This document shows, in pieces, positions 38,495 through 50,000 of a stretch of 64,000 nucleotides of DNA. The notes under the pieces are model-generated. The model saw nothing but the letters and a program-made list of their open reading frames with translations. It made no database searches and was not told where the DNA came from. The stretch comes from Lama glama. Lineage: Eukaryota. Numbering within the stretch: the first letter of the stretch is position 1; each line of letters starts with the position of its first letter. The DNA lies in assembly GCA_028534125.1 (NCBI GenBank), contig CM052817.1, positions 5,954,001-6,018,000 of the forward strand. The letters are read 5' to 3'. Both the position numbers and the translations under genes were made by a program.

Positions 38495-41400
38495 CTACTC
38501 ATATACCATATGATTGCACTTAAATGTGAAATCTTAAAGAAAAAAACTCATAGAGGACATATGGGTGTTCTGCAAGAGGCAGGCGACATGGTGTAAGCAA
38601 AACGGCTGATGATACAAACTTGCAGTTACAGACTATGAGATGCAAGGCTGTAATGTCCAGCGTGACAACTACACTTCACACTGTGTTGCATATTTGAAAG
38701 TTGCAAAGAGTAAACCTTAAAGTTCTCATCACAAGAAATTATGTAACTACAAATAGTGACAGGTGTTAACTAGACTTACTGTGATCATTACACAATATGT
38801 GAATATTGAATCATCAAGCTGTACTTCTGAAATATAATATTGTATGTTAATTATACCAAATATTTTGAAGGAAAGGATGGAAAATTTTGACCACAGGGTG
38901 GAGCCCTTCAAAATTTTGACCACGGGTGGAGACCACAGGGTGACCCATCATATGTACAGGAATCTTTTGGGGACAAGAAAGATACATTTACCAGAAGGAG
39001 GGTTTTCTCTTGAAGTCAGATATGGTCAACCCTGCCTTTCTCAGTCATTTGGCTGACACTTGGAGGGTGGTCTGATTACTGTGCCCCAAGGTGGTCTTCT
39101 ATTCTGGAATGTCTTTCACTCTCTAGTCTTGCCCAAAGGTAAAAACCAAGTTCACAACCAAGTGTTAAGTTGTGTCATGTTAGCACAAAATTGGCTGCAC
39201 TGCACTATTTATTATGGAAATTTTATTACCTCATGCTGAGAATTTTATCTCCTCCTCCTGTCTGCCATGGGATGGGGAGTGTGGTCATAGTCTTCCAGTG
39301 GAACCTCAAAAGTTGAGGGTGTGTCCAAAGGTATTTATCAACCTACCACCTCCGTAGTTTGTCTGTGCTGGGGGACTGGGGAGAGCTGTTTGTCTCATCT
39401 GCCTTTGTATTCTAGGACCGTGTTGATGACTTCATCCTGGCTGTAGAGTCCCTGAGGAGGGTCGAGTTAGATTACTCACTTGTATTCAAGTGTAATCCTT
39501 TGTTTCTACAAAATGACGCATTTTTCAGCAAGTCCACTGCGTTTTTTCTCTCATAAAAGAAAGCAAGCTAAAATGCCTAATGGAAATGGTCACTTATCCA
39601 ATAGTAGATCCTCAGAGTAGTATTTTCAAGTGAAAGGCTCCTACTTTGAGGGCAAACCTTACCAGCCTAGATATCTGCTTGGGAAATCCCACCAGTCCTC
39701 TAAGTAACTAAAAACAACAAAAACATGTTTATGTGAAAAGCAAAACTTGATATTCAGCATTATATGGCAAATAATCCTCATTTATTCCCAGAATCAGTAC
39801 TTTCAGTTGACGTACAAAATGAAGAACTAAAATGGTGGCATTTATCAGAAGAATCTTATTTCTGTATGAAAGGAGTCTGTTTAGCTGCCAATTTCATCCC
39901 CGAGGCATGGGTGAGAGAATGCTGTAGGCTCCCACCCGGTTTCTAGAGCATGTGAGGCGTTTGGCAGTGAAGTCTAGAGGGCTCATGTGCCAGGCTGTCT
40001 CGTCCGGCAGTTGGCTGTATTGGGTGCCCGCCTAACTTGAAACCAGCACTTGAGGATGAACCACAAGTCAGTGCAGCAGTGCTGAATGACTCAGAAGCTC
40101 TCTGTGAGAATCTTGTCAGTTAGCAACCAAGGCCCAAACCTCAGAGGTCTACCATAGGAACTGTGTATTCTTGTCCTCATAGGTCTGTGGGTTGGTGGGA
40201 GCAGTTCTGTTTGTGTGGGCTCCTCTGAGACCCAAATATGTTTAATGGCCAAATTCCACTGAGGATTTCCAAACAGGGAGGTGCTCTGTTGGGTTTGCCC
40301 TGTTCTCTTCTGCCAGCTCTGTGAGTGTGAGCAGCCCGATTACATGAAGCAGTCAGATGTCGAGTAAGGAGGAACTTGATGACCTTATACCGCAAGAGAG
40401 GAGACACATCCAAAAGAACTTGTTAGTTATAAGTCTTTTCTAGAAATGACCCTCAGTGTTGCTCACTGTGGTGCTCAGTTTTTACAGTTTGTCCGGACAG
40501 GAAAGCATTCTGTCTTTTCCACTTCAATTGTATCAGGACCAGGTACTCAGAGTGAACTGAAATCCAGTCTCTTGTGTATTGACTCAGATGCCTGACAACT
40601 TGAAGCAAGTGCCCGTGTGCTGCTTACGTGGCTCCCTCTTCCCAAAGGGAGCATAAGGAAGGGGTGTTGAAACGAAACACTGTTCCCACCTACCTCATCC
40701 ACCACAACTTGCTCCTCCCCTGAGAGGATAACTATGCCTCCTTTCCTGCAGGAATGGTCGGCAGAGCCATTCCAGCCTGCTTGAGTTCGTGTTTATTCCT
40801 CTCAGCTTCTCTGGCATATCTTTCTGTGAAGGAATAAGCTGGAGATTGATTGAGAGGACCATCAAATCAAGGGCCAAGTTATCTCATTCTCTGTCTGAAA
40901 AGAGGCCATTGTGAGTAGAATGTGGGCTTTTGAATTGCCCTGTTTTGTACCAAAACTTGTCTAGTCAAGGATGGGAAAGTGGGATAAGATGGGACTGTCA
41001 CCTCAGGTTTTCTTGATCTGCGAGTGTTACCAGGAAAAGGGAAATAAGAATTACCTCAGTTTTTAGTCCCCTAAAAAGAAAGAATTTTTAAGGAGAGACA
41101 GAAAGAGTGACATAGTACACTCCCAAGAATTGGGAGCGGGCCAGTCCAAGAGGAAAAATGGTGCCACTCTTTTGTTTTTCCATCTTATATCTTGGCTTAG
41201 GGGTACTTTTGTGATTGATTGATTGATTGATGACTCAGGTTCTTTGAGTGATCAAGTTGATTGACAGCTGAGGTTTCTTGTGCTCTGGCACGCCCATCCC
41301 CTTTTGGGCAGGTTTTTACCCATGAAACAGAGAAACCTATGGGAGGGGGCTCAAACTGTAATGTTAATTACGTTATAATGAGCACTGGGTCAAGTTACAC

Positions 41401-43130
41401 TGGGTCCTTCTCTTATACGCAGCTGCAGTGTTTTGGGTTTAACTGCCTTCTTTTGCTGGCCCTCATCTAGAGAAAGTAAAAATTTCTGGAGTCCCTTATC
41501 CTGAATGCAGACATACTGTTACTTTCTGGGTTGTTCCTTTCCCCTTCCTCTCCTCCTGCCCAGTGCTCATTTCTATCTAACTGCCTAGCAGAAGTATGTT
41601 AATTCATTTTTTTAAGGCTAATTTCATTGGGTAAAGAATTCGTGGTTGAAAGTCTTTTTCCTTCAACATTTTCAATCTGTGGTCCTAATGCCTTCTGGTC
41701 TCCATGGCATCTGATGAGAAATCAGCTGTTAATCTTATTGAGGCTCTCTTGTATGTGATGAATGGCTTTTCTTTTCCTTCAAGGTTCTTTCAACAGTTGG
41801 ACTATGTGTCTAGTTGTGAGTTTATCCTACTTTGGATGGAGTTCACTGAGCTTCCTGGATATGTCAGATGTTTGTAACCAATCTGGGAGGTTACAGCCAT
41901 TTCTTCAAATATCCTTTCTGCCCTTTTCTCTATCCTCTTTTGGTACCACCATATGGACATGCTGGTCTGCTTGATGCTAGCATCTACAGGTGTCTGAGGC
42001 TCTGTTACTTTCTTGCTGTTCTCACTGTAACCTCAATTAAATTACTTCCACGTTATTAGATATGAGCTGGTGGAAGAGTGAATCAGCAACTGAGCTTTTC
42101 AAGTGAATTTGTTTTTGTATCTTGCAACTTATATTTCCATATCATTCTTTAAAAATTCTATTGATGTTTTCTACTTGATGAGACATTGTTCTCATATTTT
42201 ACACATGCTTTCCTTTACTTTTTGAATGTATTTAAGATAGTAACTGATTTGAGTAATTTTTTTTAGTAGTAAGTACAACATCTAGATTTCCTCAGGGACA
42301 GTGTCTACTGACTGAATTCCTCCCTGTGTGGGGGCTTTATTTTTATGGTACGCCTCAACTTGTAGTTAAATTGGACACTTACAATGGGCAGCTTTGGGAA
42401 TCATAGGCAGCTCTAGGGATTAGGTTGCTCTAATCCAGGGTTTGTTGTCGCTGTTTGCTTAGTGACCTTCGGGGAATTCTGCCAGGTCTTAATTCTTCAC
42501 GTTCAGCCACTGAAGTCTCTGCTCAGTTATCTTAATGACCTAATGAGATGGCTGTTTCCTTAAATGTTTTGGACCAGTAAGACTTCCAGTTGTGGATGAG
42601 GTGCCTGTGTGTGCTGGGGCACACCTTTAATTATCTGGCAGTTTTAACTCTTCCTTAGCCTTTATTCTCCACTGTGAGAGACTCAAGGTCAGCAAGAAAT
42701 AAGAAGTTAGGCTTTCTCAGGTCTTTTTTATGGTGTGTGCTTAGCCACGCACCTGTGTGTGGCCCTCTAAAGTCCCAGAAATATGCTTGGAGCTTTTTTA
42801 GGTCTCCTATGAACATCTCTTTCCAGTCTTTTCAAGTTTTTTTAATCAATATTTTGTTTTCCCCATCTGGCAATGCTGCCTCAGAGATCAGCGTTAAACA
42901 ACTGAGATGCAGGCAACATGCATGTTGGTATCCTTGAGGCTGTGCCCAAAACAAGTAGGCACAGAAATTGTGGCGTGGAATATGCCTAGCCTCTGCCACT
43001 CATTCATCCAGAAGAATGTCAAACCTCCTAGTTTCTCCTTTCAGGAGAAAGAGGGATGGTCTCAGTACCTATGGAGTAAGCCTATCATGATTCCATAGCT
43101 GAACTCCCAACATTCATCCTCTTGTGATGC
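38495..43130. repeat. Segmental duplication unit, copy C (partial, rearranged)
   Basis: L1 3' end, X with an extra ~0.8 kb (39220-40040), LTR insertion, L1M, then a jump at ~42900 to the homolog of ~8030. Similarity ends at ~43130. Confidence 0.9.
41025..41590 (-). mobile_element. ERV1-like solo LTR private to copy C
   Basis: TG...CA termini. Minus start TGCTAGGCAGTTAGATAG. Splits ATCTG|GAAGTATG, which is contiguous in copy B (~32852-32864). Degenerate TSD CGAG/GAAG. Confidence 0.8.
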
Positions 43131-44312
43131 CCTGGGAGAACCCAGCCCCAGAGCATGAGCCACTATGCAGGGAAGAATTGCAGGGTGACCAGACGCTGTC
43201 AAGGAAGTTTCCTGAGTCCTGCTTCATCTGGTGAAAGAGCAGGCAGCAATTCAAGGTGAGAGGCATAAATCTGCCCCATCATCACCTAAGAATGTTCTCC
43301 TGTAAGCACTTTTTTGGCTTGGACGTTAATCATTTCCAGACAGTTCTTTGGAGGCCCCAATGGTCAGCATTCTCTTAAAATGAGCAAGCGTCTCCTTTCA
43401 GTGGGGTTGAGATATTATGGCTCCCATAGCAGGCTACGTAGAAGTGTGTCAGTTCTGTGAATCTTAAATCTGCCCTCGTTCACTAACCCATAGCACTACA
43501 TGCTAGAATCTCGTAAGGGGCATGTGAATCCTTGGAGCCACATAGCTGATGGAATATCTGATGGAATCCTGACATAGTCGCTACCCAGCTCCCAGTGAGC
43601 AGCTCTGCAGTGAGAGGCATTTTATACCAAGTTTCACTTTAACATTTTCATCAGGTTGCTACAGACGTGCAGGGTCACTGCATAGCCTGGACCTGGCAAA
43701 CTACTCGGCAGCCTAGTTCCGGAGGCTGAACTGCGAAGTCTACTTCTCATGCTTGCACTGTCACCCTGCACCCAACCCGCCTTCTGCCCCTAACTCCCTC
43801 TTGACTCGGGGAGTGGCTGTATATGGGCTGCACCTGGAACCAAACCCTTCTGGGTTAGATGAGGAACAGCGGCCTTGTCAGTTTTAGCTGGGCTGTGTGT
43901 GACCCCAGTGTTCCTGTGACTCCTGGACGGTGGAGGAGATCACACAGTCCCCCAGTCACAGACCACCTCGTGAAGAGCAGAGGCCATTCCCTCGAGGTGA
44001 ATGGCAGTTTCTCAGAATGGTCAGTGCATCTTGGGAGCTCACCCGGGGAGGGGAAGTTCTGAATACAGGAAGTGCAGAGTGGAGACTCTGACTTTCCTTG
44101 ATGCCTTTGGTACTAACTGAAACACGTCACAGAAAGTCTGGGAACAGACCAGCACCTTCTCCAGGTAGGAAGGGCTCAGGGTTCCGAGGAGCAGGGTTCT
44201 GAGTCCGTCCCATCACCTGGGTGTTAGTATCCTGGGCTGCCAGGCCAGTGGGGCAAAGGGTGAGAAGGGGCTACCTTCTGTGATGTGCAAACAGCAGCTG
44301 AGCTTGCTTTCC

Positions 44313-44812
44313 NNNNNNNNNNNNNNNNNNNNNNNNNNNNNNNNNNNNNNNNNNNNNNNNNNNNNNNNNNNNNNNNNNNNNNNNNNNNNNNNNNNNNNNN
44401 NNNNNNNNNNNNNNNNNNNNNNNNNNNNNNNNNNNNNNNNNNNNNNNNNNNNNNNNNNNNNNNNNNNNNNNNNNNNNNNNNNNNNNNNNNNNNNNNNNNN
44501 NNNNNNNNNNNNNNNNNNNNNNNNNNNNNNNNNNNNNNNNNNNNNNNNNNNNNNNNNNNNNNNNNNNNNNNNNNNNNNNNNNNNNNNNNNNNNNNNNNNN
44601 NNNNNNNNNNNNNNNNNNNNNNNNNNNNNNNNNNNNNNNNNNNNNNNNNNNNNNNNNNNNNNNNNNNNNNNNNNNNNNNNNNNNNNNNNNNNNNNNNNNN
44701 NNNNNNNNNNNNNNNNNNNNNNNNNNNNNNNNNNNNNNNNNNNNNNNNNNNNNNNNNNNNNNNNNNNNNNNNNNNNNNNNNNNNNNNNNNNNNNNNNNNN
44801 NNNNNNNNNNNN
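44313..44812. other. Assembly gap (500 N)
   Basis: Run of N of round length; true size unknown. Confidence 1.
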
Positions 44813-44959
44813 GGCGGCGCATGTTTATAAGTAAATCTAACACAATGTTGGGGAGGAGATGTGAACTCAATAGGAACGCCTTTAACCTCAAGCCATCTGA
44901 ATCTTTCAGGGCTGTATTTGCATTTGTTTAAATACAAATGTTACAAATGTTGGTCGGAA

Positions 44960-45600
44960 GAGCGCAACGGAGGGTTTCCCTAAGGCCAGAGCCCAACGCT
45001 ACACCGAGCCCTCCGTGAATTCGCCAGCGGGGCAAGTCCAGCCTCCCACGGTCCCGCTCCCAAGGCATAAGAGAAGCAAAAGCAAAGCGGCACAGCGCGA
45101 TTCTCGCCGGAGGTGGGTCGGAGGTAGGGCGGGCCGCCGGCTCAGGGGTGGGAGCGGGGGACAGGGCTGCAGCCCCGACGGCTTGGAGAGCGCGGGGCCG
45201 CAGGTGCGCTGGCGCGGGGTAGATAGAGCTCTACACGCGCGGAGCCGGGACGGCCCGCCGGGCAGCGACGCCACAGGCCGCCGGCGGTACTGCAGCGCTC
45301 GGCGGGCGCGGGCGGGGCCGGGGCGAGGTCCAGGCGGCCTCCCGTGGCTCTACCGGCCGCGCATGCCCGGTGCGCTGCTCGCGGCTGCCGGCTGGACCCA
45401 GCGGGCTGGACCCAGCGGGCTGTCCTGCCGATCTGGACGCGACCAAGCAGGGCGCGGGAGAAGGAGGCAGCGCCGCAGGGAGGCAAGGGGTGGCTGGAGC
45501 CTGAGCCTAACCTCAGGCGCCCCCCTCCGCCCCTACCACCTCCGCAAAACGTTGCCCCAGTTACTCCTTTTGCACCAATGAGAAAAGCGTCTCAGAGACC
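44960..45600. promoter_or_regulatory. Orphan CpG island ~4 kb upstream of the ZNF518B promoter
   Basis: Very CpG-dense, GC boxes, CCAAT at 45575-45579, tandem GGCTGGACCCAGC. No credible CDS. Confidence 0.8.
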
Positions 45601-46614
45601 GGCATAATTTGCCCAGGGCCACACAGCCGGTACAGATGAGTAATGGGACCAGGATTCGACTCTGCCGCCTCCACCTCCCGCGCCTCAGGACTGGAAGGAA
45701 AACTGAATTTGAGTATCTGGGCTTGGGGACCTTGGGCAAGGAGGCCTTCGTGTCTCTTTCACAGATGAGCAGACTAAGGCTCAAAGTTACTAGGAATTCT
45801 TGAAATATTTCAAAGTGTTCAAAAACAAACAAACCAGCCGCTTCCTTGGGTCCACTGTTTATGGCCTTTACGTGCCGGGATTTACATGTCTTTGTCCTCG
45901 CCCCCTCTCCGTCTCTCCCTCTCGACACCCTCCATCCCGCAAACACTAGCATGAAGTTGCCAATCTGGCTGTTAGAGACCAAGCCGTCTTCCAAGGCACA
46001 GTAGGGTCAAGAGCTTCCTCTGAACCACAGGGTCTTCACTGGCAGAATCCGAGTAAATGGCTCCCTAAAGTCACACAGTTTTTAAGTGTGACCTCCTAGG
46101 ATGACCTAAATCTACACTGCCCTTCCTTCTTCCTCATTCGTGCACAACCTGTGCCCATTTCAGGGTCTCTGCCCTTCTCTCTGTGTAAAGCTCTTTTCTA
46201 TGTTCCAGTGCTGGGTCCTACTCATGGCTGAGAGCTCAATTTCAGTCCCCTTCATTGAGCCTTTCAGCTCATCCTTTCTCTTGCTTTGCAGTCCCTTTCA
46301 CATCACCCTACCCAGTTTTATTTTCCCCTTGGCCTCCAGCACTCCCTAATATTAATTAAATATTCCATTAATTGCTTGAGATCTACAGCCCTCAACAAAG
46401 TGAACGCTCCCTGAGAGCAGAGCCTCATCTGGTTCCTCTCTCTAACCTCGGACCCAGCCTGCGCCTGCACTAAATAGGCCCTCAACAAATGTTTGTTGAA
46501 TTAATAAGTAAAGGAACAACCGTCAGCTCTCAGCCCTTACACTCAGTGACTGGTCTTGGTCACAGTGTCTTCCGTCCTCTCTCCTGTCTGTTAACCAGTC
46601 ATATCTGGGAGCTT

Positions 46615-47018
46615 GTATTAAGTGCTTAGGGCTGCTGTAACAAATAGACATTTATAGTATCACAGTTCTGGAGGCTAGCAATCAGCAGAGCCATGCTCCC
46701 TCTGAAATTTATAGGGGAGGATCCTTGCTTCTTTTCAGCTTCTGGTAGCCTGAGGCATTCCTTGGCTTGTGGCGGCATAACCCAAATTTTGGCTTGTCTT
46801 CACCTAGCCCTTTTCCCCCTGTGTCTCTGTGTCTTCTCCTCTTAATCTCTTCTCTTAAGGACACCAATCATGTTGGATTAGGGCCCACTTAATGATCTCA
46901 CCTTAACTACCTCTGCAAAGACCCTAGTTCCAAAAAGGTCACATTCACAGGTGTCAATTCCCATTCCCACGTACTGAGTTTTAACATCTTTTGAGGGGAC
47001 ATAGTCCAGCCTACAACA
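46615..47018. mobile_element. MLT1 (MaLR) LTR
   Basis: TGTATTAAGTGCTTAGGGCTGCTGTAACAAA...CACAGTTCTGGAGGCTAG...GAGGGGACATAGTCCAGCCTACAACA. Confidence 0.85.
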
Positions 47019-48699
47019 GAGGTGACCCACGGTTTACTGTGAAGGGATTTAGGCAAACTAAGCGAGAGGGTGGGGAAGAAGACATGAAGGGCAATTGTCA
47101 ATGTAGGAAATGTGCACTGGCTGACCGCCCTGAAATAACATTTCTGGGTGAACTCCCCTGCATCAAAAGAGTTTTAGGGGACAACACTTCAACTTCAAGG
47201 GTTTCTCCAGGAGTGGTTTCTATCCCTGCTTGGCCCTTTTCCAGGCTGCAAACACCCCATTTCCAGATCCTCCACAAAGCATTTTATAGCCCTGAATTTG
47301 GGCTTCTGAGAAGTATAAATCTGTCAGGGACTATGCTAACCCTTGACCTGTTTTCTCTTGTTCAGTGTTGACAACTGGCTTGTGGGGGTAGGTCCTAGTC
47401 TTCACTGAATTTCACAAGGAAAACAGGTTCAGACAGGCTAGGGAGCAGGCTCACAGCTTGCGTGTGCATGAGGTTGGATTTATAACCTGCTAGCTCTAAC
47501 TCCAGAGAAACTTCCAGGAAACCCAGAGGTAGTCTTTCAGCAGTTCTGTGTGACTCAAGAGGGCAGAACTATACTGCATGAGTGGAAGTTACAAGGAGAG
47601 GCAACGATTTGGGATAAATTTCAGGAAACAAATCTCTAATCCTTAGAATTAACAGGTTTTCCTGATTTGGCTTCTTTTGCCACCGAGACTTCCAGGCAGT
47701 GACCAGTTTGGATTCTCAATGCCCTTCCCAAACCCACCTGACTCCTGAGGAAGGCTTTGAACTCTCTGCCCCATTCTCTCTGGTATGAACTGGACATAAA
47801 TGTGTTTTTCTGAGAAGAGGTGCACTAGCTTCTTTGAGCCCCAGGAAACAACAGGAGCAGGGGGCTCCCTTATCAGGAGTAAGTACCTCGCATAGAACAG
47901 GGGGGAGGAAGAACTGCTGATGGCGGTCTCTCTCTGGGATGGCATTCTCTCTGCCCAACTCTTGCTATATCAGTGGTGGGCGTGTTTGCCTGCTGCTGGT
48001 CCCGTAGCTGGCATTGTCTTCCCGAAGTTCACTTCTCCATGTTGAAGAATTGTCACAGGCCCGCATCTCCTTCCTGCTTCCGGGCCGATGTCCATGCGTC
48101 CCGACCTCTGACCTCAAACAGGAAGGTGTTGGAAAGCAGCCTTGCCCCTTCCGGCGCTTTGAAATAAACTCTTGGCTGTTATTCCTGGAGAAACTTGGAT
48201 TCCCGGTGACGCTGCTCCCCTGCCACAATCTGCTCATAATAGGGAGAAATTGTACTGTGTGGGGAGCCGCATCCGAGTCACTGATTATAGGGACTCTAGC
48301 AATATAGTTCCCTTCTTTTCTTAGAGAGGGGTCTATTCGAGGTATATCTTCCTTGCGTAAGGTTAGAAGGTTCCCCCTACACAGTATTGCAGTCCAAGAA
48401 ACAGGAAAAAACACTGGCATTAGATTCGCTTACTCCATCTCCAGGCTTTCCCCAAATCACTGTCTTGTCTGCCCCTCGAAACAACCTACGTGTTAAATGA
48501 GGCTCTGAGCTCCAGGTCTGATCTTCCTCACTTTCAGAAATGAAAATTTTGAGACACCGAGAGATCAGGGGCCTTTCTTGCCCGCAGCTAGGATGCAAGA
48601 GTCGGGATTCGAACCTGGCCTTCAAGGCCATTTCCTTGACTGCTGCTTTCAGAAGAAAGAATTTGGACGCTGAAGACTGAGCTCCTTTTCTGCTCCTGG

Positions 48700-50000
48700 A
48701 CTTTAAGCTCCCCGGGGGCGGAGGGCCAAGGCGCCCTCGGCTTGGACCTAGCGCGGCCACACAGCTGGGGCCCACGACCAGTCTGCTGGGCCAACAATGG
48801 AAGCAGAGTCAGTTCTCCTTCTTCGGGGAGGCTCCTGGAGCTTGCGGGCATCCGGGCTAAGCACGGACACCGCGCGCAGTAGATGTGGACGCGTCGGGTC
48901 GAGCTCTAAGCCCAAGACCAGGGCTCGGCGCGGCTTTCGGCTCCGCGCAGCGTGGAGACCCGGCGGGGGCGGGCGCAGCCTTAAGGACCTCGGACGCCCG
49001 CCGCGCTGCAGCCGAGCCTCCGCGCCGCACTGCGCAGGCGCGGAGCCGGCCGGGCTCCGCCCCCGGAGTAGGGACCTACAGCGGGCGCGGCGGCGGCGGC
49101 GGTGGCGGTGGCGGTGGCGGCTTGAGGCGGGCGGTGTAGACGCCCCTTCCCGGGACCCGGACCGGCCGGCCGGGTGAGTGGCTGAGCGGGAGGACGACAG
49201 CGCCGGGTCCGCGTGCGCGGGGCGGGCGGGGCCGGGGTGCGGAGGGGGGCCGCGGGGCCGCGCGGGGCAGGAGCCGGACGACGAGGCCGCGCCGGGGCCG
49301 GCAGCCGGCGCCGGGTGGTGCGGGCCGCGGCCCCGCGTGCCCGAGCCGCCGGCCGGCGTCGTGGCGGGAGGCCTCGGGGCAGACGGGACGGGGCCGCGGG
49401 CCCGGGGCTGGGTGCGGGGGAGGGGGCGGCGGGCCCCGGGAGAGGGGAGGGGAGGGCGGGGGGCGCCGGGCGGAGTGGGGGGAGGGGACGCGGGGCCGGG
49501 CGGGCCGGGCGGGGCGGGAAGCGCAGAGCCTGGGGCCAGGGGTGGCGGGGGCTACGAGTCCGGCGCCCCCCGGCCCGCCCGCCCGCCCGCCTGCCTTTGT
49601 GCAGCCACCGCGACCCTCATACGCGCCCCGAACGCTCTGGGTCGCGACCCTCGGCGGCGGCGGTCGGGCTGCGGGGCGACTGGAGTGGAGCCGCCGGGCC
49701 CGGCCTCCTCCGCCCGCCCCCGGCGTTTTAAATGATGCAGCTCCCGGGAGAGTTCCTACCGGTCGGCTGCGAGCAGGAAGTGTCGTCAGGAGGCCATTTT
49801 TAAAGCCTCCTGCGGGCCTCGGAGGTAAGCGTTGACATGTTGGGTTTTCAGTAGTTAGACGAGAGCTCTGCGACCCCTGGAGGGGCCCGGACGTCCCCCG
49901 GGAGACAAGGATGTAACCCCATTGTCCCCGCGCCTGCCCTTCTAGCCGCCGCGCTGTGAGATGTGGACTCGCCTTGGAAACTGTGTCCCGTCGGTGTGAG
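48700..50000 (+). promoter_or_regulatory. CpG-island promoter of ZNF518B
   Basis: Extreme CpG density, NRF1 motif TGCGCAGGCGC at 49031-49041, GC boxes, ETS GCAGGAAGTG at ~49773, YY1-like GCCATTTT at 49793-49800. Confidence 0.88.
49050..49173 (+). other. ZNF518B: Probable non-coding exon 1 of ZNF518B (start approximate)
   Basis: Strong donor CGG|GTGAGT at 49173/49174 just after the NRF1 site. Contains an interrupted GGC repeat at 49087-49121. Confidence 0.65.

Noticed and set aside
38881..38945. Local duplication AAAATTTTGACCAC(A)GGGTGGAG
   Set aside because: Ordinary slippage, two to three partial units; not a CRISPR-like array.
44224..44937. Long ORFs across the N run
   Set aside because: Artefacts of the assembly gap.
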